Assembly: GCF_020253525.1 (NCBI RefSeq)
Contig: NZ_JADCBK010000004.1
Coordinates: forward strand, 52,261-116,260
DNA: 64,000 bases
From: Aquidulcibacter sp.
GTDB lineage: Bacteria; Pseudomonadota; Alphaproteobacteria; Caulobacterales; Aquidulcibacteraceae
Reading direction: 5' to 3'
A model generated the notes under the pieces. That model was not told the origin of the DNA and made no database searches. It saw nothing but the letters and a program-made list of their open reading frames with translations. Positions 19,901 to 29,171 of this stretch are shown piece by piece; within the stretch, counting starts at the first letter, position 1, and every line of letters begins with the position of its first letter. The translations under genes were made by a program, and so were the position numbers.

Positions 19901-21598
19901 TTAGTCGTTTTGTTCCTTTTGACGCAGAGCTGCGCCAAGGATGTCACCCAAGGATGCGCCGGAGTCGGACGATCCAAACTGGCTAATGGCTTCTTTTTCT
20001 TCAGCCATTTCAAGCGCCTTGATCGAAACCGAGACTTTACGCGTTGCCTTGTCGATCGCTGTAACGACGGCATCCACACGGTCACCAACAGCATAGCGCT
20101 CTGGACGCTGCTCTGCACGATCGCGCGAGATGTCCGACTTGCGAACGAAAGCCTTCATGATGTTGTCTGGACCGATCGAGACTTCGATACCGCCCGAAGC
20201 AATTTCGGTCACGGTGCAGGTCACGGTTTGGCCGCGCTTCAAGGTCTCGGTTGCGAATGGATCAGACGAGACTTGCTTGATGCCGAGCGAAATACGCTCT
20301 TTTTCAACGTCAACATCAAGAACCTTGGCTTCGACCATGTCGCCGCGCTTGTAATTCTTAATGGCTTCTTCGCCGGGCTGATTCCAATCGATGTCTGACA
20401 TGTGGACCATGCCGTCCAGCTCGTCATTGACGCCAACGAACAGACCGAATTCGGTGATGTTCTTGATTTCGCCATTGATGGTCGAACCAACTGGGAATTC
20501 GGTAACAAACGCATCCCAAGGATTGGGTTGAGCTTGCTTCATGCCCAGCGAGATGCGGCGCTTGTCGCCATCCACATCGATCACGATCACATCGACTGGA
20601 TCGCCAGGGTTGACGATCTTGGAAGGATGCAAGGTCTTTTTGGTCCAGGACATTTCGGACACGTGAACCAGACCTTCAACGCCAGATTCCAATTCAACAA
20701 ACGCACCATAGTCGGTGATGTTGGTGATGACGCCCGAATAACGTGCGCCAACTGGATATTTGGCTTCTGCCCCATCCCAAGGATCGGACAGCAATTGCTT
20801 CATGCCCAAGGAGATACGCTGGGTGTCTGGGTTGATCTTGACGATCTGAACTTGAACCGTGTCGCCGACGTTCAGCACTTGGCTTGGGTGGCTGATACGC
20901 TTCCAGCTCATGTCGGTGACATGCAACAGACCATCGACGCCGCCCAAGTCGACGAACGCACCATAATCGGTGATGTTCTTGACAACGCCATCGCGGATTT
21001 CGCCTTCGGCCAGACCTGCAACGATCTCAGTACGGGCTTCTGCGCGGTCGAGTTCGAGGATCGAGCGACGCGAAACCACGATATTGCCACGTGGGCGATC
21101 CATTTTCAGGATGCAGAATGGCTGAACGATGTTCATCAATGGGCCGACGTCGCGCACGGGGCGGATGTCAACTTGCGAACCTGGCAAGAAGGCATTTGCG
21201 CCGCCGAGGTCAACCGTGAAGCCGCCCTTCACGCGGCCAACAATCGCACCATCAACCGACTCACCGGTTGCGAACAGCTTCTCAAGGCGGCCCCAAGCCT
21301 CTTCACGGCGGGCCTTCTCGCGGCTGACAACGGCTTCACCGAGCGCGTTCTCAATCCGGTCGAGGTAAACTTCTACAGTGTCATTGACCTTCAAGGACGA
21401 ACCTTCAAGACCAAATTCGCGCAACGGAATGCGGCCTTCGGTCTTCAAACCAATGTCGACCAGAACGAAATCGTTCTCAATCGAAACAACGGTCGCGGAA
21501 ATGACTTTGCCTTCGGTCAAGCCACCACGGGCACCAAAGGATTCTTCTAGCAATGCCGAGAAATCGTCCCGGCTCGGGTTAAGGAGCGTGTCGCTCAT
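19901..21598 (-). CDS. rpsA: 30S ribosomal protein S1
   Basis: Repeated S1 domains (NITDYGAFV, GLLHV); ATG at 21598 (MSDTLLNPSRDDF). Confidence 0.98.
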   Translation of the reverse strand: MSDTLLNPSRDDFSALLEESFGARGGLTEGKVISATVVSIENDFVLVDIGLKTEGRIPLREFGLEGSSLKVNDTVEVYLDRIENALGEAVVSREKARREEAWGRLEKLFATGESVDGAIVGRVKGGFTVDLGGANAFLPGSQVDIRPVRDVGPLMNIVQPFCILKMDRPRGNIVVSRRSILELDRAEARTEIVAGLAEGEIRDGVVKNITDYGAFVDLGGVDGLLHVTDMSWKRISHPSQVLNVGDTVQVQIVKINPDTQRISLGMKQLLSDPWDGAEAKYPVGARYSGVITNITDYGAFVELESGVEGLVHVSEMSWTKKTLHPSKIVNPGDPVDVIVIDVDGDKRRISLGMKQAQPNPWDAFVTEFPVGSTINGEIKNITEFGLFVGVNDELDGMVHMSDIDWNQPGEEAIKNYKRGDMVEAKVLDVDVEKERISLGIKQVSSDPFATETLKRGQTVTCTVTEIASGGIEVSIGPDNIMKAFVRKSDISRDRAEQRPERYAVGDRVDAVVTAIDKATRKVSVSIKALEMAEEKEAISQFGSSDSGASLGDILGAALRQKEQND

Positions 21599-21756
21599 GT
21601 GTGTATCAGTCTCCGAATAGATGAAAGCAGGCCTGCCGGTTGGCTCCGGCGGTCTTGCCCGAAAGGTCCTGCGGCCTTCGGGCCTCACGTCTTACAACGC
21701 ATCATTTTTGCATGTGAGTGAATGAAACGATTGTTGGAATTTCGAAGAAAGCCGGC

Positions 21757-22404
21757 TCAGCTTTTGGCCAAACGCACCTGTTCCACGATCAATCGGGCTT
21801 TATCCACAGCCGCCTCTATACTCAGCCCAGTGGTATCGAGCAAGTGGGAGTCTTCAGCAGGCCGTAAAGGGGCATCCGCGCGACCCGAATCTCGGGCGTC
21901 CCGCTCTAGGGTTTGTGCCAGCATTGCCTCAAAAGAAATGACCTCGCCCAAGGCTTCCAGTTCCGTCTGGCGGCGACGGGCCCGCTCTTCTGGACTGGCT
22001 GACACATACAGCTTCACATCGGCCTCTGGGCAAACCACTGTGCCAATATCGCGGCCATCGAGAACCGCGCCGCCCGCTTGCAAGGCAAAGTTACGTTGCA
22101 GATCGAACAAGGCTTGCCGCACGGCTTGGTTAGCCGCCACCACAGAGGCCGCCGCGCCGACTTGAGCCGTACGCAAATCGGCATCCTCAATCCCATCCAT
22201 CGACAAGCTTCGCGCCACTTTGGCTGCGGTCTCGGCATCTTGGGGTGAAAGGCCGGCCGACAAAAGCCGATAGGCCACACCCCGGTAGAGCTTGCCCGTG
22301 TCCATATGGGGCAGACCATAGAATTCAGCCAAGGCCTTCGAAATCGTGCCCTTTCCAGCAGCAAGGGGGCCATCGACAGCGATAATCATGAATTGGGTGC
22401 CCAT
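21757..22404 (-). CDS. cmk: Cytidylate kinase
   Basis: AVDGPLAAGKGT P-loop, DTGKLYR, LDGRDIGTVVCPEA. Confidence 0.96.
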   Translation of the reverse strand: MGTQFMIIAVDGPLAAGKGTISKALAEFYGLPHMDTGKLYRGVAYRLLSAGLSPQDAETAAKVARSLSMDGIEDADLRTAQVGAAASVVAANQAVRQALFDLQRNFALQAGGAVLDGRDIGTVVCPEADVKLYVSASPEERARRRQTELEALGEVISFEAMLAQTLERDARDSGRADAPLRPAEDSHLLDTTGLSIEAAVDKARLIVEQVRLAKS

Positions 22405-22565
22405 TGGCTAGGATTTGCGACGTATGCGTTCGGGCGAGGTCCTACCAAGCTTACCCGCCGCTGCCAAACAGCAATTACAACCAGCTCGCCAAAAGCCCGC
22501 TTTAGCAAAGCACGCATGCCACATTGCGACTTTATTTTGTGTGCCCACGACTTTAAGGAGCGCCT

Positions 22566-23867
22566 ATGGAAACCTTATTCATCCCTCGCTTCAAAGCCCC
22601 TGCCCGTGGCACCGTGACGGTTCCGGGCTCTAAGAGCATCAATAATCGGGCTTTATTACTGGCCGCTTTGGCAGAGGGCCAATCTGTCTTGACTGGGGCG
22701 CTTGACAGCGACGACACTCGCATCTTTGCGAGTTGCTTAAACGCTTTGGGCTTTGAGGTTTCCCACGACCCTGCCGCCTCGGTCTTTAAAGTGGCCGGGT
22801 GTGGTGGCCAATTGCCAGCCCCCACAGGCGGCACTGCAGACTTGTTTGTCGGCAATGCAGGCACTGCCGCCCGTTTCCTCTTGGCCTTAAGCGCACTTAG
22901 CCTCGCCCCCGTGCGCTTTGATGGTGTCGCTGCCATGCGCAAAAGGCCGATGGGCGATCTTCTAGAGGTTCTTGCCGCGCAAGGCGCGCACGTCAGATTC
23001 GAGGGCGCGCCGGGCCATTTCCCTCTGGTGCTCACGGGCTCTGGCCTCCCCGGTGGCCGCTTAGAGCTGGATCCACAGCGCTCGAGCCAACAAGTTAGCG
23101 CAGCCCTCATGGTTGCGCCCTTTGCCAAGGCCGATACGGAGCTTTTTTTGACCGGGCCCATTGTCTCTGAACCCTATATCGCCATGACGATTGAGATGAT
23201 GGCCGATTGGGGCGTTCGGGTAGAGCGGCCAGAACCACATGTTTTGCGCGTTGCTGCCGGTCAACATTATCAAGCCAAAGCCCCCTATCACGTTGAGCCG
23301 GATGCCTCGAGCGCATCCTATTTCTTTGCCGCCGCTGCAGTTACCGGCGGACGTGTGACTATTCCTGGCCTCTCGCGCAAAGCCTTGCAAGGCGATGCCC
23401 TCTTCGTGGATGCCTTGGCCGGCATGGGTGCCCGTGTGGAAGAAAGTGCCGAAGGCCTCACCGTGACCGGCCCGGCCCAGCTCCATGGTCTTGAAATCAA
23501 TATGAATGCGATTTCCGATACCGCCCCCACCCTCGCCGCCATCGCCTCTAATGCCTCCAGCCCCGTCCTCATTACTGGGGTCGAGCATATGCGCTGGAAA
23601 GAGACCGACCGGGTAAAAGCCATGGCCACCCAATTGCGCGCCATGGGGGCCGACTTAGATGAACGTCAAGACGGTCTTCTGATCCGCCCGGCTAAACTGA
23701 GACCCGCTCAAGTCGCGACCTATGACGACCACCGCATGGCGATGTCGCTTGCCATCGCAGGCTTAGCCAATGACGGGGTGACGATCGAGGACCCTGCCTG
23801 CACATCGAAAACCTTCCCGACCTTCTTTAACGTTTTGGGCCAGTTGCGCAGCCAATCGGCGGCCTAA
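22566..23867 (+). CDS. aroA: EPSP synthase, class I-type
   Basis: PGSKSINNRAL, GNAGTAARF, SSQQVS, KETDR, DDHRMAM; AAGGAG RBS. Confidence 0.96.
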   Translation: METLFIPRFKAPARGTVTVPGSKSINNRALLLAALAEGQSVLTGALDSDDTRIFASCLNALGFEVSHDPAASVFKVAGCGGQLPAPTGGTADLFVGNAGTAARFLLALSALSLAPVRFDGVAAMRKRPMGDLLEVLAAQGAHVRFEGAPGHFPLVLTGSGLPGGRLELDPQRSSQQVSAALMVAPFAKADTELFLTGPIVSEPYIAMTIEMMADWGVRVERPEPHVLRVAAGQHYQAKAPYHVEPDASSASYFFAAAAVTGGRVTIPGLSRKALQGDALFVDALAGMGARVEESAEGLTVTGPAQLHGLEINMNAISDTAPTLAAIASNASSPVLITGVEHMRWKETDRVKAMATQLRAMGADLDERQDGLLIRPAKLRPAQVATYDDHRMAMSLAIAGLANDGVTIEDPACTSKTFPTFFNVLGQLRSQSAA

Positions 23868-23984
23868 TTGCACCTAATTGCATTGGACTGCAGCATAGGT
23901 TTTGACAGCGTCACACTTACGTGGCAAGCGCTGCGCCCTTAGATTACCTTCCCAATGTGGCGATCGGCCAGTGGAGCCCCAACA

Positions 23985-24503
23985 GTGCCTAAAATTGACC
24001 TTGGCGAAAAACAATTGTGCCCCGCCTGCGGCGCAAAATTCTATGACCTACATAAGCGGCCTGCAGAATGCCCCAAATGTGGCAATGTGTTTGACCCCGA
24101 TGATGAAGCGGTCAAAGCCCGTCGCGCTAAAGCACGTCTGACCGCCTTTGATCCCAAGCTGGCTGCGGCCGCTGAAGAGGATGATGAAGACGCGCCCGCA
24201 AAGGTCATCGACCCCGATATGGACGAGGACGAAATGGAGCATGAAGAAGTCACGGCAGAGCTCGATGCAGCCGCTGTGGACCAAGCGCCGCTCGAACTCG
24301 ATGATGACGAAGAATCCGACCCCATCAACCAAGGCACCGGCGGCGCAGATGTGCCCGAAGGCTTCTCCGAGCAGGAATTGGACGATGATGATCCAACCGC
24401 CGGCGACGATGAAGTGCCCTTCTTGGAAGATGATGAAGACCTCATCGATGACGATCTGGGCGATATCCCCGGTCCAGACGATGACGACGTCGACCCCCGC
24501 TAA
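23985..24503 (+). CDS. TIGR02300 / FYDLN_acid family protein
   Basis: CPAC..KFYDL..RPAECPKC zinc ribbon plus very acidic tail; GTG at 23985 after GGAG. Confidence 0.92.
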   Translation: MPKIDLGEKQLCPACGAKFYDLHKRPAECPKCGNVFDPDDEAVKARRAKARLTAFDPKLAAAAEEDDEDAPAKVIDPDMDEDEMEHEEVTAELDAAAVDQAPLELDDDEESDPINQGTGGADVPEGFSEQELDDDDPTAGDDEVPFLEDDEDLIDDDLGDIPGPDDDDVDPR

Positions 24504-24546
24504 GGTGTAAAGCCCGCGCTGCCTATCAGCGCATCGCGACTATAAG

Positions 24547-24588
24547 AGGCCTGCGCTGACCGTTTCTTGGGGTCAGCGCAGGCCTTTT
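24547..24588 (+). terminator. Rho-independent terminator after TIGR02300
   Basis: 15-bp perfect stem AGGCCTGCGCTGACC/GGTCAGCGCAGGCCT followed by T run. Confidence 0.85.
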
Positions 24589-24673
24589 GCGTTTCAGGCC
24601 CAGCGTTTGCGGGAAATGCATGTCTGGCTGCCCTGCCACAGCGACGCGCTGCAGCAATGCTGCGACGCCCGTC

Positions 24674-24702
24674 TTGATCCCCTCGGCTGAGACGTCTATA
24701 CG
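24674..24702 (+). promoter_or_regulatory. Probable sigma70 promoter of tRNA-Ala
   Basis: TTGATC-N17-TATACG followed by a GC-rich discriminator-like segment. Confidence 0.55.
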
Positions 24703-24769
24703 CGGCGCTCTTGTGGGTTCGGTGGAGCCCACAACTCGATCCATTTGGTCCGTCACGACCAAATCAGAT

Positions 24770-24845
<76 letters not shown>

Positions 24846-25049
24846 TTTTTTCCAATGAAAAGAGAAAAAGCGCCACCTTTGCCCATCGCAGCTGCAGGGC
24901 CTTTGGTGTGAGGCGGGGTATTGGCCGCTCTGGGATACCCTGGGCTTTGGGTTTAGGTCGGTTTGGGAAATGTGATGGGTTGAGGAAACCGACAATCGTG
25001 CGGCGGCAAGCTTAGGCGCATCGTGATTTAGCGCCGCACCGGATCGGCA

Positions 25050-25817
25050 CTAAGCCGCTGTGGCCTGCAGATAACGCGCCCGCGCCGTGCCGATTGACTT
25101 TCGCAGCTCGTCAAGCGCCACGCTCTCCTGCGCGCTAACCATGGTTTCGAACAAGCGATGGAAATGCTCGCGCATGGCTGCACGCGCTTTGCTGGCATCG
25201 CGTGCCTTGAGTGCCAAATAGATTTCTGAATGTTCATTCTGGCGTTCATCGACGCTGACCGCGCACACCCGGGAATAAAGGGCTTTGACCTGGGGCACGT
25301 GGTTGCGCATCCGCCATAGCTCGTGAATGCAATGCTCAATCGCCGGATTATTGGCCGCCGCTGCAATGGTCAAATGAAACTGGCGATCCAGATCGTCGCC
25401 ATCTTCGGGGCCACCCACCTTGTTTGACGCCATCGCCTCAACAAGGCTGGCGAGCTTATTGATTTCTGCATCGGTGATGCTGGTCGCAGCAAGGGCAGCG
25501 GCTTCTGCCTCAAAAATCATCCGCGCGGTGGTTAAGTCAAAGGCCGACACATCTGGTAAGGCAAGCTCGCTTGCCGAACTCATCTCCAGAACGAAGGAGC
25601 CCGAACCTGCACGAATCTCGATGGCCCCTTTGGCTTCAAGGGCGATTGTGGCCTCACGAATGGTCACCCGACTGACTTGATATTTCTCTGCCAGTTCACG
25701 CTCACTCGGCAAGCGACTGCCTGGACGGTAATCGCCCGCACGAATGGATTGTAGAATTTGTTCGACGACGCGATGGTAAAGGCGTTCGCGCTGACTTTCC
25801 ATTCTCTTATAAGCCAT
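25050..25817 (-). CDS. FadR-subfamily GntR regulator (FCD domain) of the alginate locus
   Basis: LPSERELA..YQVSRVTIREA HTH; DRQFH, AANN, EH..IY FCD motifs; ATG at 25817 (or 25802). Confidence 0.92.
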   Translation of the reverse strand: MAYKRMESQRERLYHRVVEQILQSIRAGDYRPGSRLPSERELAEKYQVSRVTIREATIALEAKGAIEIRAGSGSFVLEMSSASELALPDVSAFDLTTARMIFEAEAAALAATSITDAEINKLASLVEAMASNKVGGPEDGDDLDRQFHLTIAAAANNPAIEHCIHELWRMRNHVPQVKALYSRVCAVSVDERQNEHSEIYLALKARDASKARAAMREHFHRLFETMVSAQESVALDELRKSIGTARARYLQATAA

Positions 25818-25838
25818 CTTAGCCCCAGTTGACGCAGT

Positions 25839-25855
25839 AAAATTGGTATGCACTT
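25839..25855. promoter_or_regulatory. Candidate FadR-type operator (autoregulatory), AAAATTGGTATGCACTT
   Basis: Left half matches the UxuR/ExuR-type AAATTGGTAT; shares a core with the sites at 33668-33862. Confidence 0.55.
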
Positions 25856-26051
25856 GTGGCATGAATCAATTGATTTTGCAATCGGTTCACCCCCCTTGCG
25901 GGCCGGGTCCGCTGCGCGCTGACGCACTTTCTGGCACTCTGTTCAGTACGCGGTCTTACGCAGCCATCGAAAGATTGGAGGGGTGCCTGGTTTTGGCCTA
26001 AGGACCAGTCAGACCCCAACTTGAGCCGTGCGAGGGCGAAGATCAGGAGAG

Positions 26052-26990
26052 TCATGCCACGCCCTTATCTCTGAGATGGTGATAGGGGGCATCCCCGGAC
26101 AAAGGCGGAATGGCACCGGGCCGCTGGATGACCCAAGCCGCCAATTCATGCCCGCATTTGGCAGCCATCCTCACGTCATGGCCCTTGAGCCGTGCCACGA
26201 GATAGCCCGCATTGAAGGCGTCGCCCGCACCGCTGGAATCGATCATTTGAAGCGGGTCACAGGGATAGACGAAGGCAGCCTTGCCCTCCGCCGCAATAAC
26301 GGGTCCGGCAGGTCCGCGTTTGACGATGACCTCGCTACAGCCCAGCGCGCGCCAGCGCTCAGCAATCGCTTCCCCGCTCATGTCAGCGCCAAGCAGGGCT
26401 TGCTCATCTTCAGCGGTTGGAAGCCCGATGGTGGCAAGCGCAATCGCCTGATTGGACCAAGCCAGAGCCGTTTGAACCTTGTCCCAAAGACGGGGCCGGA
26501 AATTGCTATCATAGGCGACCCGTCCACCTTGGGCGCGCACCCGTCTGGCCAGATCAATCAGGGCTTCGCGCCCGGAGGGTGGTAAAATCGCGAGCGAGAT
26601 CAGGCTGAAGTACAAAAGGTCAGCCCCGGCCACATGGTCGCGAGCATGATCTAGATCTGGCAAATCAAACAAGGTTCGCGCGGCACTGTCCTCGCGCCAA
26701 TAGATGAAGCTTCTCTCGCCGCGCGCATCCACATGGATGGCATAAATGCCAGGTTGCTTGGTCGGATGCTTGAAAACATAGCGGGTATCGAGGCCTTCGC
26801 GCTGCCAGTCTTTGACCAGTGCGTCGCTGAGTGGGTCATGGCCTAAAGCCGTAACAAAGGCTGTCTCGCAGCCGGCGCGTACCATATGGATCGCACTATT
26901 GAGCGTATCGCCGCCATAGGTCAGGCCGCCAGTAACTCTGGGCTGGCTGCGATATTCCAGCATGGCTTCCCCAATGATCGCCACCCTCAT
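26052..26990 (-). CDS. kdgK: 2-keto-3-deoxygluconate kinase (PfkB family)
   Basis: GGDTLNSA, YWREDSAAR, YDSNFRPRLW, DSSGAGDAFNAG; alginate-locus context. Confidence 0.88.
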   Translation of the reverse strand: MRVAIIGEAMLEYRSQPRVTGGLTYGGDTLNSAIHMVRAGCETAFVTALGHDPLSDALVKDWQREGLDTRYVFKHPTKQPGIYAIHVDARGERSFIYWREDSAARTLFDLPDLDHARDHVAGADLLYFSLISLAILPPSGREALIDLARRVRAQGGRVAYDSNFRPRLWDKVQTALAWSNQAIALATIGLPTAEDEQALLGADMSGEAIAERWRALGCSEVIVKRGPAGPVIAAEGKAAFVYPCDPLQMIDSSGAGDAFNAGYLVARLKGHDVRMAAKCGHELAAWVIQRPGAIPPLSGDAPYHHLRDKGVA

Positions 26991-27009
26991 CGTGTGACCT
27001 CCCAGTCGA

Positions 27010-27765
27010 TCACGAGAAGAATGTACCGCCATTGATGTCGATATTGGCACCTGTGACGAAACTCATATCCGAACTGGCCAGCGCACGGACCGTGCGCGCC
27101 ACTTCTGCCGCGATGCCTTGGCGGCGAAGCGGGGTGGCCGCGGCCACAGACGCGCGCACTTCGTCCTTAGTAAAGACATCATGGAACGTGGTTGCAATCA
27201 TGCCAGCGCATAGCGCGTTGACGCGAATGCCCCGCGGTCCAAGTTCTTTGGCCATTGATCGCGTGAAGGTCATGACGGCACCTTTGGAGGCCGCATAGGC
27301 GGTTGCGCCCGGCCCACCGCCATCCCGCCCAGCTTGCGAGGCAAAATTCACAATGCTGCCCCCTTCTTTCATAAAAGGCACAACGGCTTGGGTCATCATA
27401 AAGGCCGAGCCGGCATTAAGCCGCATCACATGCTCAAAGAAATCGATGTCCATGTCGGCCAATTGCTTGCGTGCGACCATGCCGCCAGCGACATTGACCA
27501 GAATATGAATTTCCTCACCAAAGCGCGCTCGGGCTTCCTCGACAAGACGGGTACAGTCGGCGGCCACGGTCACATCGGCTTGCACAGCAAGTGCTTGGCC
27601 TCCGGCAGACGTAATGCCGTCGACAATTGCCTGTGCCGCGGCGGGGTCACCCCGGTAATTTACAACCACCTTGGCGCCCGCAGAGGCCAATTCCTCGCAA
27701 ACCGCCCGGCCAATATCTCGGCTGCCGCCTGTTACAATCGCGGTTTTGCCTGTCAAATTTGTCAT
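27010..27765 (-). CDS. SDR, probable DEH (4-deoxy-L-erythro-5-hexoseulose uronate) reductase
   Basis: TGGSRDIG, SQAGRDGGGPGA..YAASKGA, TFHD motifs as seen in alginate-locus SDRs. Confidence 0.82.
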   Translation of the reverse strand: MTNLTGKTAIVTGGSRDIGRAVCEELASAGAKVVVNYRGDPAAAQAIVDGITSAGGQALAVQADVTVAADCTRLVEEARARFGEEIHILVNVAGGMVARKQLADMDIDFFEHVMRLNAGSAFMMTQAVVPFMKEGGSIVNFASQAGRDGGGPGATAYAASKGAVMTFTRSMAKELGPRGIRVNALCAGMIATTFHDVFTKDEVRASVAAATPLRRQGIAAEVARTVRALASSDMSFVTGANIDINGGTFFS

Positions 27766-27796
27766 GTCGTTTCCTGCTTCATGATGTTCGGAGGGA

Positions 27797-29074
27797 TTAG
27801 TGCGCCGAGCGCGGCTGAAGGGGTTTGATCTCGCGACACAGCACGAAAACGGCCAGAACCGTCAGCACGGCGAGTGCCGCGCCCACGGCAAATGCAGGCG
27901 CATAGCTGTGGATGGTGATGACGGGGATGAGGAAATTGAGACCGACAACAGCAAGCTTTGCTGCCGTGCCGGCATAGCCGGCCAAGGTGCCAATCGAGCT
28001 GCCCGCATAAAAATCGCTGGGCAAGGTTTGAATATTGCCGATAGCTGTTTGGAAGCCAAACAAAATGGCTGCCATCAGCAAGACAGCGACGGTAGGCGTT
28101 GCCGCTTTGATCGTTGCCAATAGCGAGACCAGCATGATGGCCCCACCCAGCGCGATCACAAACTTGCGCGACTTATCGACCGACCAGCCAGCCTTAATTC
28201 GGTTTTGCGCCAAAAGTCCGCCAAACCAGGCGCCGAACATGGCACCAATATAAGGCACCCACGCATAAAGCCCGATGTCCTTGACACCAAAGCCATAGGT
28301 CTCCGCCAGATAGAGAGGCAGCCAACCGATGAACAGCCACCAGATTGGATCAATAAAGGCCGATGCGAGGATAACGCCCCAGCTTTCCTTGCGCGATAGG
28401 ATTTCAGCCGAACCCGGGGCATAGCTCGCCTCGGTGTTTGATTGGGTATCGCGTTGGCCCTCTAAAATGAAGCGGCGCTCCTCGGCGCTGATCCATGGAT
28501 GGGCGTCCGGGCCTGCCTTATAAATCATCAGCCAAGGCACCAGCCACAAAAATCCGAGGGCACCGATTACGATAAAGGTGGCTTGCCAGCTGCCGAGAAA
28601 GACAAAGAGAAAGGCGATGATGGGTGCCGAAATGATACCGCCGACCGCAGCGCCAGAATTGAAGATGCCTTGGGCCAAAGCCCGCTCATTAATGGGGAAC
28701 CATTCAGCATTTGCCTTGGTGGCACCAGGCCAATTCCCTGCTTCAGAAACACCCAGTAGCGCGCGGAAAATAGCAAAACTGGCAAGACCATTCGCAACCG
28801 CATGGAGCATGGTTGCTAAAGACCAGACCGCGATCGAGAGAACAAAGCCAAGCCGTGTCCCAATCTGGTCGAAGATACGCCCAAAAATGGATTGGCCGAA
28901 TGCATAGGCAAAGGTGAAGACGTTCAGAATGATGGCATAATCGGCTTTGGTCAGGCCCAATTCCTTAGAAATCTCGGGCCATAGGAAACCAAGCGCACCG
29001 CGATCAATGTAATTGATGACCGTTGCCAAGGCGACCAAGCTGACAATCAACCAACGTAGCTTGCCAGTCTTCAT
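27797..29074 (-). CDS. MFS transporter, ExuT/ACS (hexuronate) family
   Basis: INYIDRG, EAGNWPG, AQGIFNSGA, FIDPIWW motifs. Confidence 0.9.
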   Translation of the reverse strand: MKTGKLRWLIVSLVALATVINYIDRGALGFLWPEISKELGLTKADYAIILNVFTFAYAFGQSIFGRIFDQIGTRLGFVLSIAVWSLATMLHAVANGLASFAIFRALLGVSEAGNWPGATKANAEWFPINERALAQGIFNSGAAVGGIISAPIIAFLFVFLGSWQATFIVIGALGFLWLVPWLMIYKAGPDAHPWISAEERRFILEGQRDTQSNTEASYAPGSAEILSRKESWGVILASAFIDPIWWLFIGWLPLYLAETYGFGVKDIGLYAWVPYIGAMFGAWFGGLLAQNRIKAGWSVDKSRKFVIALGGAIMLVSLLATIKAATPTVAVLLMAAILFGFQTAIGNIQTLPSDFYAGSSIGTLAGYAGTAAKLAVVGLNFLIPVITIHSYAPAFAVGAALAVLTVLAVFVLCREIKPLQPRSAH

Positions 29075-29171
29075 GATTGCACCGCCACAGAAATAGCCGA
29101 TCCCAAAGATCTGCCGTGAGGCTTCCCGGGCCCGGGTTTCCGGCGGCGCGCGACAAAGGGGTATGTTTCGC

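Noticed and set aside
18612-21550. Long plus-strand ORFs 18612..19454, 19075..19674 and 20402..21550
   Set aside because: Shadows of trpF, mscL, ihfB and rpsA caused by GC-rich codon bias
22386-22517. Short minus-strand ORF containing KRAF and SLVGPRP, reminiscent of sugar transferases; also checked as a remnant of the old aroA
   Set aside because: The motifs are far too close together, the ORF is only 43 aa, and it shows no similarity to class II AroA C-termini; probably chance
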